From NCBI GenBank assembly GCA_003427395.1, contig BFEA01000022.1, positions 5,288,289 through 5,352,288 of the forward strand: a stretch of DNA of 64,000 bases, in the 5' to 3' direction. Each line of letters begins with the position of its first letter. Position 1 is the first letter of the stretch. Positions 50,761-61,705 of this stretch are shown here, piece after piece. Below the pieces are notes generated by a model, which worked only from the letters and a program-made list of their open reading frames with translations, was not told the origin of the DNA and ran no database searches. The position numbers and the translations under genes were made by a program. The DNA comes from Chara braunii (Eukaryota > Plantae > Charophyceae).

Positions 50761-52773
50761 TGTCGCGACTAGATTCGCGACATTCTCCTCTTTTTTTTAC
50801 CTTTTTTCTACTTTGTCCCCCCCCCTTCTCGTTTTCCTGTGAAGGTGGCAGCCCGTCACTCAAAAATGAACGGGCGCCCCTCAGTCGTTTCACAGAGTCG
50901 AACTAGAGTCAAACTCAACAGGGGCTTCTTTCCACCTTGCCCCGTGCGCCTGTACCCGTACACATCCATAGCCAGGTTCAGGCGCACTGTGGCTGATGCA
51001 GCCCATTTCAAAACACGAACGGGTAAGGCCGTGCACTACCATGAAGCTCTGAGGGGGACAAAAGCCAAAAAACCCAAAAAAACAAAAAAAACAAAAAAGA
51101 ACAACTTACGTGAGATGGTTGAGAGTCCCCCTACGCCCNNNNNNNNNNNNNNNNNNNNNNNNNNNNNNNNNNNNNNNNNNNNNNNNNNNNNNNNNNNNNN
51201 NNNNNNNNNNNNNNNNNNNNNNNNNNNNNNNNNNNNNNNNNNNNNNNNNNNNNNNNNNNNNNNNNNNNNNNNNNNNNNNNNNNNNNNNNNNNNNNNNNNN
51301 NNNNNNNNNNNNNNNNNNNNNNNNNNNNNNNNNNNNNNNNNNNNNNNNNNNNNNNNNNNNNNNNNNNNNNNNNNNNNNNNNNNNNNNNNNNNNNNNNNNN
51401 NNNNNNNNNNNNNNNNNNNNNNNNNNNNNNNNNNNNNNNNNNNNNNNNNNNNNNNNNNNNNNNNNNNNNNNNNNNNNNGAGCTTTTCAGTTGCCCGTTCG
51501 TTCAAAAACGAACGGGCGCTCAAAAGAAAACAAAAAGAAAACTCTAAACAAAATCTTAGAATTAAAATCTAAAGAGAATCTAAAAAAAAAAAAAAAGAAG
51601 AAAAAAAAAAAAGAAATCTACCTAAGATAGCTGCCCGTTTTAAACGGGCGCCTATCGCATCTCTGGGGATTTGAAGTCCCAACCCCTTCTCGTCGCGCCA
51701 CATGGCGCTTCGCTTTCCCCCTTCCCCCTTTTTTTTTTTTTTTTTTCCCAACGGCTGCTTCTCGTCGTACCGTTTTGTTTTAGTGGCCCAAAACAGACAA
51801 AACAAAAGAAAAAGAAAGAAAAAAAAGAAAAGGAACCAACTTACCTCACAACGTCGCAGTCTCTGCAACGCCGTTTCTGGGCACTTACACGCCCAGGTGC
51901 GGGGTAGGTGAGTTTTTTTTCTTTTTTTTCCTTCTCTCTTTTTTTCCCCCTTTTTTTTTTCCAAAAAAAAAAAAAAAAAAGTTCAGAACTCGGACCATTC
52001 CCCGATTCACGTGTGTCATCCTTGTGTAGGGTCAAATCACCGGCGTGGCCGATTTCGGCCATACGATCTGGTAGATCACGCGGTCAAAATTGACCGCGTC
52101 ACATCAAGGAGCTGGGCCGTTCCTATCAAAAGGAGCTAGCCCAATCACGGGTCGTTGGGCTCAATCCCTAAATCCACAGGGTGACAGTTTGGTGACAATA
52201 CCTACTGGGCTAGCTCCTTCTCACATAAGGGGAGGAGCAACCCTTCTATATGAAGGGCTTCGGTGCCCAGCAGGCCCCCCCTCCAGCGCTTAGAAGTCTG
52301 TGCCTGCTAAGCCCGCTTGTTACCGCGGCTGGCTGGCTGGTTGGCGGTCGACGGCCTTATCAGCCGCCCTACTCAGCCAGTCCTCACGCCGTCACCCCCT
52401 GTCCTCGGCGCAAAAAGCCCCGCGGACCCTAAAACTAACTATCCCTTCACACAGCGGTCCCAACCCCATCGCTGCGACTCCTTTTTATCCCGCTTAGGCC
52501 CTGACTTCAGTCTTTCCATGACCGCACACTACCACGGCCTTGTTGGGAACCGCGAACGACGAGCCGTACAGCTGACTCCTGCTGTTTCGATCGAACGTCA
52601 ATGACGTCTCACGCCAACGACGTCAGGCTTTAGGTCTCTCAGTTATAGGGTTGGTCTGAATAACTTTGGCAACGTCAACCTCGTTAAGTCTCCCAATCCA
52701 AAAAAAAGGGTCGGGCAGTGTTTGACCTTGAAAAACTCGGGCAGAAACCCTCACAGGGGTTTCTGTCCCGACA
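50761..52773 (+). mobile_element. LTR-like unit (TGTCGCGA...TCCCGACA), hairpin-CCGACA family; spans a gap
   Basis: Terminal hairpin 52739-52768; 3' part aligns with 13560-13933; cassette 52130-52260 aligns with 1143-1270; GCCCGT..AACGGGCGC motifs on both sides of the gap; left end less certain. Confidence 0.65.
51139..51478. other. Assembly gap
   Basis: Run of N. Confidence 1.
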
Positions 52774-52779
52774 ACGTGA

Positions 52780-54225
52780 TAGGGTGAACGCGACTACTCG
52801 GCAAGGGACGGCTGGGAGAAGGATTATCCGTGACACCGTGATGGAGGAGGTTGCTGGGAGTTCCGTACCCCAGGCAGAACCTGAGGCCGGGGAACCAGAG
52901 AAAGTCTATGAAGCCTAGGGGAGAGGAACCCGCGGACAAAGTTACCGCCGCCAAAAAGAAGTTTAGGTATCTGATTCCGATCTTAACCATACCAGAGGTC
53001 GATGACACCCTTAGCAAATTGCTAGGGACCATGGTGTCGGTGTCGTTTCAGACCATGCTGCAGGCCAGCCCTAGGTTGCTTAAAGGGCTAAGACAACTGT
53101 TGACTCGATGACGAGTAGAGATAGATGAGGACCCCGAAGCGCCGGAAGAGGAAAGGGAGGAGGAGGCTCCGCAAGAAGTCGCCAACCTGCAGAGGAGTCG
53201 CGGGGACTTTGGAGGATCTCGAGAAAGCCTTTCCAGACATCCGTTTGAGCTTGCCCGACCGAGAGGGCGGCGAGGTCATGAGGGCCGGAACGAAGCTTAG
53301 CTTTCATGCACTGCCCGTAGGGAAGCTGAAAGTCCAGATTGGGACTCATCATACCGACGCATTAGTAGACGGGGGAGCAGAAATCACTCTCATAAGGAAA
53401 GATTTTGCAACAATCCAGGGTTGTACGGTAAACAAGGAAGTAACAGGGAGCATCCGGGGAGCTGGCGGGGAAATCCCGTTCGCTGGGTACGTCACAAAGT
53501 GCGCAGTAAAGGCAGGAGTTAGGGAGTCGATCTGGTCGTTTCAGTGGATGACCGGAATGGAGGAAATTGACCACGATATAATCCTCGGGAGACCGTGGTG
53601 CGCAAACGTAGAAATGATAGGCATGCACTTGCACGACGGCTCGTACATGGTAGACATAGAGGACCCAGTGACTGGCCGGGAAGAGCTCCTCCGACTCCTT
53701 GGAACGAGAGGAGACCCCCCGAAGGGGAAACTGGCAACATGGTCGCCGTCGTTCGAAGATAGCACACGAAAAGGGGCCTTTGCTGGAATGGAGGGCATGA
53801 GAGAGGGGGTAGAGATCATGATCGAGGAAGCCTTCAATAAGAAGGAATGGATTAAGATGGGCCTGCCCCAGAAGAAGAGGAGGCAGAAGGACGAAGTCCT
53901 AGGTGTTATGGTAGCAGAAAAGGAGTCAGAAGTCGAATTTGGTGCCAGCCTGCCCAAGCGGAAAGAAGTACGCATGGACGTGCCAGAAGTTGCGCTCGAG
54001 ATCCCCGATTTGTTGCAGCTCATCAAGGCCCTCAGATACCACAAGGTAGGAGTGGACTCGGCGGCCCTGGCCAAATTCGAAGGAGAGGTGCAAAAAGGAT
54101 ATTGTTTGAATGGGAAATTAGTTAGTATTCAACCACGAGTCGTAGAAGCAACGAGGGCAATTTCGACCGTTCATTTTTTAGGAGAAAGATCCCGGAAGGA
54201 AGTGTTCGAAAGTACAAGCCGGTAG
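52780..54225 (+). pseudogene. Gag C-terminal region and aspartic protease
   Basis: ALVDGGAEITLI and DIILGRPW; frameshifts and a stop in 52900-53200. Confidence 0.88.
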
Positions 54226-57200
54226 GGAAGAAAGCAAAACCGGTCTCGATCCTGCTAGAGACATCAAAGGAAGAGGCTATGGAGAAGGAGGAGGAGGTCC
54301 TCCGAGTGATCCAAGAGAGAAGAGCGACGGAACGGCATCGGATATTAGATGAGATAGCTGACACAATGAAGATAAGGGTAGAAGGATTCCTAACGGAGGA
54401 GGAAGATCGCCTGATCAAAAGGACCTGCCAAAAGTTTCATCTGGCATTTGCTTTTAGCGATCATCAAAAGGGGCGGCTGGATGCGAAGCTGATCCCTCCG
54501 GTCAGAATCCACACAGTAGAGCATGAGTGCTGGAACGACAAGGGTCCGTCCTATGAATTTGGGATAGCAGCGGAAGTGACAGACCTCCTCCGAGCGAAGA
54601 TGGACTCCTTCGTCGTAGAACCTACAACGTCGCCGTACGCAAACCGGTGGTTCGTCTTTCGGAAGCCCAACAAGACGCTAAGGTGGATTCAAGATCTGCA
54701 GAAGTTTAATGCGGTAACCATCCGGAATGCTGGCTCGTTACCTCAGGCCGATTTATTAGCAGAATCGCACGCCGGCCGGAGCATTTACTCCCTGATAGAT
54801 CTGTAATCAGGGTACGACCAGCTTCCATTGGATGTTCGGTACAGGCCGTACACCGCTATGCACAGCCCCGTAGGCCAGTTACAAATGCAAGTGACCTCTA
54901 TGGGCTTCACAAACGCGGTGGCCGAAGCGCAAAGGAGGATGCTTGCCGTAGCCGGAGATATATTTCCAGAGAAGTGCGAGCCCTACATCGACGATAATCC
55001 GATCAAAGGCGCGCAGGAGAAGGACGAGACATAAGTCCAGCCAGGAGTTCGAAAGTTTGTGTGGGACCACCTACAGGACATCAAGGACTTACTCCGCCGA
55101 TTCCTAGTATACAATATCACGGCTAGTAGACCAAAGAGTATTCTAGCAGTACCGGAAGTAACCATATTGGGATTTCGCTGTGGCGCGTATGGTAGGCAAC
55201 CGGATCCGACGAAGACGGACAAGATATCGCAATGGCCAACACCCCTGCGCACGACAACGGAAGTAAGGGCATTCCTAGAAGTGGTCGACTTTTGGAGGAT
55301 CTTCATTAAGAATTTTGCCAAGATTGCTGAGCCTATCCGGACCATGATTAGAGAAGAAGGGACCATGGACTGGACAGAGGAGCGAGAAGGAGCCGCCCAA
55401 ACGCTCAAGGACATACTGACGTCTGAGCAAGTCGCCTTGTCCGCACCCTGTTTTAACGACGAAGTAGGACGACCCTTCATCCTAGAGACGGATGAAGGAC
55501 CTTTGGTTGTAGGAGGTGTATTGATTCAAAGGGATGAGGGAGGAAAAGAGAGACCAATTAGGTTCGAAAGTAGAACCCTGAACTCCGCAGAACGGCGGTA
55601 CTCACAATTTGAGAAGGAGGTCCTAGCCATCTTACATTGCCTCGAGACCTTCTAGGCCTACCTATTTGGGAGGCGGTTCATCCTTAGGATCGATCCGACG
55701 AATGTTGCAAGGGCCTTAAAAAATTACAGGCCTATAGATCCGGAGGTGGGGAGATGGGTAGGATTTATCTGGCAGTCCGATTACAAAATCGAACGGATTG
55801 CAGAAATTAGGAACAAGGCTGATGGGCTGAGCCGGGTCTGCATCACTCCCGAAGGGGTGGAGGATGCGGAGCCCATAGACGCATTCCTCGAATACGAAGG
55901 AGGAACGCTTGCGGTGGACAACGAAATGATGGTCGAATAATGCGCGTCGGGAGAGCTGTTGATCCGGACTTTGGAAAAGGGGGCGCATGCCGTAGTAGCC
56001 GAACTTAGAGAAGGACCCGTCACCACTCGAGGTCGTAAAGAGGAGAGAGATTCATGGGGAGCAATAGTAGGACCGAAGGAGGAGCTAATAGCAATAGCGG
56101 TTGAGGGAGGCCAGGGAGCCGTGATGAGCCTAGTGGAATCTTGGGAAAAGAAAGAGTTGCAGTGGATGGTAAACCAGATGCAGGAGAGAAAGGATGAGGA
56201 CCACGAAGGGAAGGAGTTTTTCTATGCCCAGATATATGAAGGGATCTTTCGGGAGATCGAGTTGTTGCTGGTAGGAAACAAGCAACCCACGGAAGTCAGC
56301 ACTAAAGCAAGGGAGGAGGCCGAGAGGTACGTCATAAGGGGGGCCCATCTGTTCCGAAGAGAGGAAGGTGCTATGCCTAGACGGGTTGTATGCGGAAGAT
56401 CTAGGCAATTAGACGTTATCCAGGCAATGCACGACGGGTTAGCTGGAGGCCATCGATCGTCTAAAGGAACGCTTGCAAAGATAACGCCACTCTATTATTG
56501 GTCGGGCATGGCAGGCATGGTTGCCATATACTGCCAGACATGCCTTATCTGCCAAGAACGAAGCTCGACACGTGTCTTTGAGCCGCTTAGACCTACATGG
56601 GTGCTAGGGCCGGGACATCTGGTCCACCTCGACCTTGCGGTCATGCCTGTATCAACGGATGGGTACAGGTATATCCTGGATGCGCGAGACAATTTGAGTG
56701 GGTTCGTGGAGGCGGTCGCCCTTAAGAAAAAGACAGGGAGAAGTGTGGCGGACTGGATAAAAGACTTCGACTTGAGGCATCCTTTCGTCAGTAGGTTTAT
56801 AGCAGACAATGAGACGGAGTTTGTGAACCAAGAAGTATAGGGGATGCTTAAGAGACTCTGCGTGCCGATCAAACTCATCGAGCCGTATCACCCTGAGGCC
56901 AATGCACCTGTGGAAAGAAGGCACCAAACCTTGAAGAACACGATTGCGAAGCTCGCAGCGGACCGTCTGGGGAGCTGGCCTAGGTATCTTAAGCAGGCTG
57001 TCTTTGAAGAGAACATGACCCCTAAGAGGACAACAGGATGTATCCCGACAGAACTTTGGTATGGAAGAGAGATCGATTTTCCCGTGGAAGCCTTGGTACC
57101 TACCTGGAACAGGTTCGATGATGATCCGCAAATGACCACGAAGGAGTTAATCGAGGCAAGATGTCAACAAGTCCTTAAGAACAAAGAAGTCGTGGAAGAC

Positions 57201-57524
57201 ATCGCCAACCGGGTACTAGACAGCAGAATGAGGGATAAAGCAAGGTCGGACCAGGTTAAGAATGTCAAAGAGGAGCCACTTCAGGTGGGGGAGACAGTAT
57301 TGCTAAGGAACTTGGCACTGGAAAGTACTTGGTCTGGACAGCTGGGGAGGAGGTTCAAAGGCCCCTACCGGGTCGCCAAGCGGGTGGGGTTGAACACCTT
57401 CGAACTGGAAGATTTGGATGGAACTGGATTGAAAGGACCCTTCCCAGGGAAACGACTGGTCAGGTTTCTAAGTCGGGACCCAGTGGAACAATGGCTTAAG
57501 GAGGCCAAGGATAGGGAAAACTGA
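54174..57524 (+). pseudogene. Pol: reverse transcriptase, RNase H, integrase
   Basis: RWIQDLQKFN, SLIDL*SGYDQ, YIDD; FILETD...YSQFEKEVLAI; H-x6-H...CQTCLIC, HLDL, ADN-x-TEF, PEANAPVER, GPY motif; one frame with in-frame stops at 54806, 55034, 55655, 55940 and 56840. Confidence 0.95.
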
Positions 57525-57929
57525 AAGGCTACAAGCGAAGGACTGACAATGGCCTTGCCCACACTTTTGGTTCTGTCTCTGACTGCGTCCGTGGGACTGT
57601 CATTTTTTTTTTGTTGGGGCAATGGTTTGGACTAACTGAGGTTGAAATGCAGGGTGACTTGGGAATTTGCGGTAACGGGTTTGTGCGACGACGGGAAGGA
57701 TTGTTGGGACATTGTATCATAGTTTTTGGCGGGGAAATAATGGGATCTTCACAAACGGCGCATTTGCATAAGGGAGGGAAATGTATAAAAGGGGCATGAG
57801 GCGAAGGACACGGGGAACATTCTGGGGAAATGGGAGCTGTCTACCGGACTGGGGGAACGGGTGTATGAGGGACATTGCGGGTGTTGTTTTGTTATGCAGG
57901 ACTTATAAGAAAAACGAGAAAAAGCAAGA

Positions 57930-58844
57930 ATGAAATTTGGCAACGAGAATGATAGTGGGGCAATCAACAGGCCTATCGGAGGGGACGAAGCAGGACCAAG
58001 CCAAGGGAGGAGGACAGCGAAGAGAAAGTTGTACATAGGGCTCATGGGCGGGCCGATGGTAGGCAGGGGTGAAAAGAAGTGCGTATGTAGAAGACCCTCG
58101 CCCCTCTGCAAGGGAGAAGGTATAGAGATCTCATCTGACAGTGAGGGCGAGAAGGAAGGGGCAAATGTGGGAGAAGGGGGCAATGTAGATATGGGGGATA
58201 AGGCTCAGGCCTCTGACGAGGAAGGCGTCAATAGGGGCGAACGACGTGAGGCTTGGCATAGGGAAAGCGAGGGGGGACGGGACATGCACGACGAGCGTGA
58301 GGATGGGGAGGAGAGGAGAGAAAGCCCGCTTGAAGGACGAAGCGGCCATGGCAGTTGTGAGGGGTATGAGGCAAGGACAGAGATTCCTTATACCTACGAT
58401 CCGAAGAACCTAACGGGGGGGTATAGCCCCATACAGACGGAGGACGAGGAGGATGAGGAAGAGGATGTACAAGAGATCATAGAAATCAACAGCGGGGATG
58501 AAAGGGATGAGATCTCGAGGCCTAGGGAAGAGAGGCGGCCTCCAATGCACCAGCCGCGCGATGAGGTCTTCAGATGGGAGGATGAGTTTGGGCCAACACC
58601 CAGTCATTGGTTTCAGCAATGGACCAATGTGATCAGGCACGAGTGGATCATCAAGACCCGGGAACTCGCAAAGGCAGGGGTGGAAGCCACGCCGTTGGAC
58701 TTTTTCAGTAAGGAGGAATTACAAGGCATTGCAAGAAAAGGGAGAGAAATTGAAACCTACGGCCTGGGGGTTAGAAAGCCCGCCAAGGAACAGGGTGGAC
58801 AAGGAATCGAGCAAGCTGAGGCACAAGGCAGCAATAGGAACTAG
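57930..58844 (+). CDS. Additional acidic 304-aa ORF downstream of integrase, function unknown
   Basis: Open frame, E/D/G-rich with a Trp-containing block (FRWEDEFGPTPSHWFQQW); no recognised domain. Confidence 0.5.
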   Translation: MKFGNENDSGAINRPIGGDEAGPSQGRRTAKRKLYIGLMGGPMVGRGEKKCVCRRPSPLCKGEGIEISSDSEGEKEGANVGEGGNVDMGDKAQASDEEGVNRGERREAWHRESEGGRDMHDEREDGEERRESPLEGRSGHGSCEGYEARTEIPYTYDPKNLTGGYSPIQTEDEEDEEEDVQEIIEINSGDERDEISRPREERRPPMHQPRDEVFRWEDEFGPTPSHWFQQWTNVIRHEWIIKTRELAKAGVEATPLDFFSKEELQGIARKGREIETYGLGVRKPAKEQGGQGIEQAEAQGSNRN

Positions 58845-59539
58845 ATGTTGATTTAGCATTGAACATGGTTCTTGCTTTTCTATTTGCAAAGACATGAGAA
58901 CGACAAGAACGTGTATAGTATGAGTAAGCTTGCTAAGGATGAAGTGATAAGAGGGCCAACTAAGACTGTGTCACGAGTAGATAGCATTTTGAGGCTACGT
59001 TCTGGATGAGCTATCTTCGAAAGTGGGTACATAAGGCAAGGACATGGGGCATGGGATGAGGACAGTTGGGAAGGGTGTGTTGTGAATTTTGGATGGGGAT
59101 TGTGCTTTGAGAAGAGAAACCTTGAGTACAGATTGATGAGCGAACCATGACATTGAATGTTGGTCGAGTACAAGAGAGGTTAGGGAAACTATGGGTCAAG
59201 GGGCGTGAAGAACACTCCTTCCCTATGAGCCAAATCCAACTGAGTCATGAATGAGTCTGAGAATAGCTAAGGCCTGAGTCATCAGAATGAGTGAAAACAA
59301 GAGGGGCGCCCCTGTCTTTTGCTATGGTTGAACGACCAGGTGAGCTAGTGCTGCTTGGGGTCGTGAGCCCCAACTCGAACACTAGACGCTAAGTCGGATG
59401 TATGCATGGATAGTACATTACTATGAGAAATGGAAAAGTAGAACAACACGCTGAAAACTGAGATGAGATGACCACCTTCTAACCTCCAAGACAGAAATGG
59501 GATCCGTGACCTCGAGGCTCACCCCCTTGGGCACTAACA

Positions 59540-59965
59540 TTGAGAATGGAAAAGAATGACCCTAACCAGGCTGTTAGACTTGAGAATGGAAAGGAATGAC
59601 CCTAACCAGGCTGTTCAACTTGAGAATGGAAAGGAATGACCCTAACCAGGCTGTTCGACTTGAGAATGAAACAGAACGACCCTAACCAGGTTGTTCGGGA
59701 ATGGCCCCTGACAAGGGTCATTCCTTTTGAAATAGGCATTGGGGTCCCCTGCATAATTGATTGAGAAAGGTTGATTGAGGAAGGATGATTGAGAATGAGT
59801 TGGAATGAGCAATGAGGGATGGAAAAGGTCAGTGGGTCGGTCATTGAAATAGCCAATGGAATGGATGAAAGAGATGAAAAAAGGCCGGTGGGTCGGTCAT
59901 TGAGACAGCCAATGGGATGGATGGAAGAGATGGAAAAGGTCGGTGGGTCGGTCGTTGGGATAGCC
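59540..59965 (+). repeat. Tandem repeats in the Gypsy 3' UTR (40 bp x4; about 55 bp x3)
   Basis: TGAGAATGGAAAGGAATGACCCTAACCAGGCTGTT units, then GGAAAAGGTCGGTGGGTCGGTC units. Confidence 0.9.
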
Positions 59966-60361
59966 ATGCGAATGGACGAATAAGAATGAGAAGGGCAGGA
60001 TGAAGAAGGTTGAGCCTTAAGACAAAGAGAAGCATGGGCCGGAGGGACGGTCATAAGGAATGGATATTGGGGAATGAGAAAGATGAGGATTGAAGGCGGG
60101 CCGACGGGTGGGCCTTTGCGAAAATGGCTATTAAGAAAGCGACCGCGAGAGCGGCCACAAGAGGTGGCCTTGTTAATGAGCGGCTGCCGGACCAGCCATC
60201 AGAATCAGCCTTGGAAATAGCATTGGATTGAGTGTTTGAGAATTGGATATTGTATTGCATAAGTCAGGGGACCCTAGGCAACTGATGTAAGGTCGTCGGG
60301 CCGACCATGGAAATAGCAAGAGATTGAGTTTTCCCTTTCTTCTAGTCTCAGGTCTCGACAT

Positions 60362-60386
60362 AAGGGGGAAAGTGATGCATGCATCA
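60362..60386 (+). promoter_or_regulatory. Polypurine tract and start of the 3' LTR
   Basis: AAGGGGGAAAG (60362-60372) immediately followed by TGATGCATGCATCA. Confidence 0.8.
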
Positions 60387-61265
60387 CAACCCCAGGACCT
60401 CTACGCGTCAAGGGAAAAGTCTCAGCGCGACCTATTCCTTATAAGGGAAAATAAGGGTTGAAACACCAAGGCATCTCTCTCTTTGATTGATGCGGGCCGT
60501 CCGGAACTAACTCCGAAAACGAGCTCTAGTCGGGGAGTTCAAACTGCGCCTCATGTCGAGAACCTAAAATTCAAGGGCGTGGAGCCAAACGGGCGAGAGA
60601 GCTATTTTTTTTCCTAAGTCTCATTTTTTTTCTCCCCAACCACGCGCCATGTCGTAGATGGGCGACACGACCGTTTGGAATGGACCACGACTGCTCGCAT
60701 TAAGTTGAGCAGCACTGTCCAGAGGGAGGAAACGGGTGTGGTACCGGGTGGAAGCCGCAACCACCACAGGGCGAGTGACATCGTCCTGCCGGATCATTAC
60801 AACCGTTCCGGAACTAACCGCGAGGTCTTCGTAACTGCACTCGCAAACTAATTGAGAGTCCCAACTCTCTTGAAAGGAAGAGGCCGGATCCAAAAAAACA
60901 CCACTCGGGAGGAACGATTCGCGAGAAAGCCCTTACGGAAAGACGGGGTCCTGGGAGGTTTGGACTGGACCTACCTGCCAGATGTGAGGAGGTACCTCAG
61001 TAATGACGCCCGTCTCGTAAGAAGCAAAAAGTCGGACGGAGTAGAGGATGAGGTGAGTTATCAGCAGGGGGAGGACTGATCACCCTTCCTTTTTGGGATT
61101 GATGGGCCGACATCTGTCTACTCGTTGGTGGGCCAAGGTTTGCGTACCTCCGAGTGAGAACTAGTCGTGCAATGGGGACATCGCATTTTGAGTGGGGGAA
61201 AGGTGTGCCATCTACCGATTAAAAAGTGTGCAAAAGAGAAGGTTACCATGAGTCAAGACGATTGT

Positions 61266-61705
61266 GTAATTGACTTTGCGCAGGCTTGAAAAAAGATCTG
61301 GCAAGATGTCCAGAAGAAAGGAATGGATGAGTAATTGACTTTGCGCAGGCTTGAGAAAAGGTCTGACAAGATGTCCAGAAGAAATAAATGAATGAGTAAT
61401 TGACTTTGCGCAGGCTTGAGAAAAGACTTGGCAAAATGTCCAGAAAGAAGAAAAATGCTTGTATAATTGATTTGCGCAAGATTGAGAAAAGACGTGGCAA
61501 GATGGTTAGAAGAGAAAGGGATGAGTAATTGACCTTGCGCGGGCTTGAGAGAAGGCCTGACAAGACATTCAGAAGAGAAAGGCATGAGCAACTGGGTTTG
61601 CATAAGCGAAAGGAAAGGACTGGCAAGACGCCCAGAAAAGTGATATATGTGTAATAAACCTTGCATGAGTTTGAGCAAGGCCTGGCGAGATGCCGGAAGA
61701 AAGAT
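61266..61705 (+). repeat. About 65-bp tandem repeat inside the putative 3' LTR (6-7 progressively diverged copies)
   Basis: GTAATTGACTTTGCGCAGGCTTGAGAAAAG...GCAAGATGTCCAGAAGAAA units. Confidence 0.9.

Noticed and set aside
52561-52600. Group II intron domain V (GAGCCGTAC)
   Set aside because: No complementary 3' arm or GNRA-capped domain V helix follows, and no maturase is present.
49559-57524. Met-i PBS and downstream pol as one intact element
   Set aside because: An unrelated unit without a TSD intervenes, gag is truncated, and the LTR end GTCACA does not mirror the 3' LTR start TGATGC.
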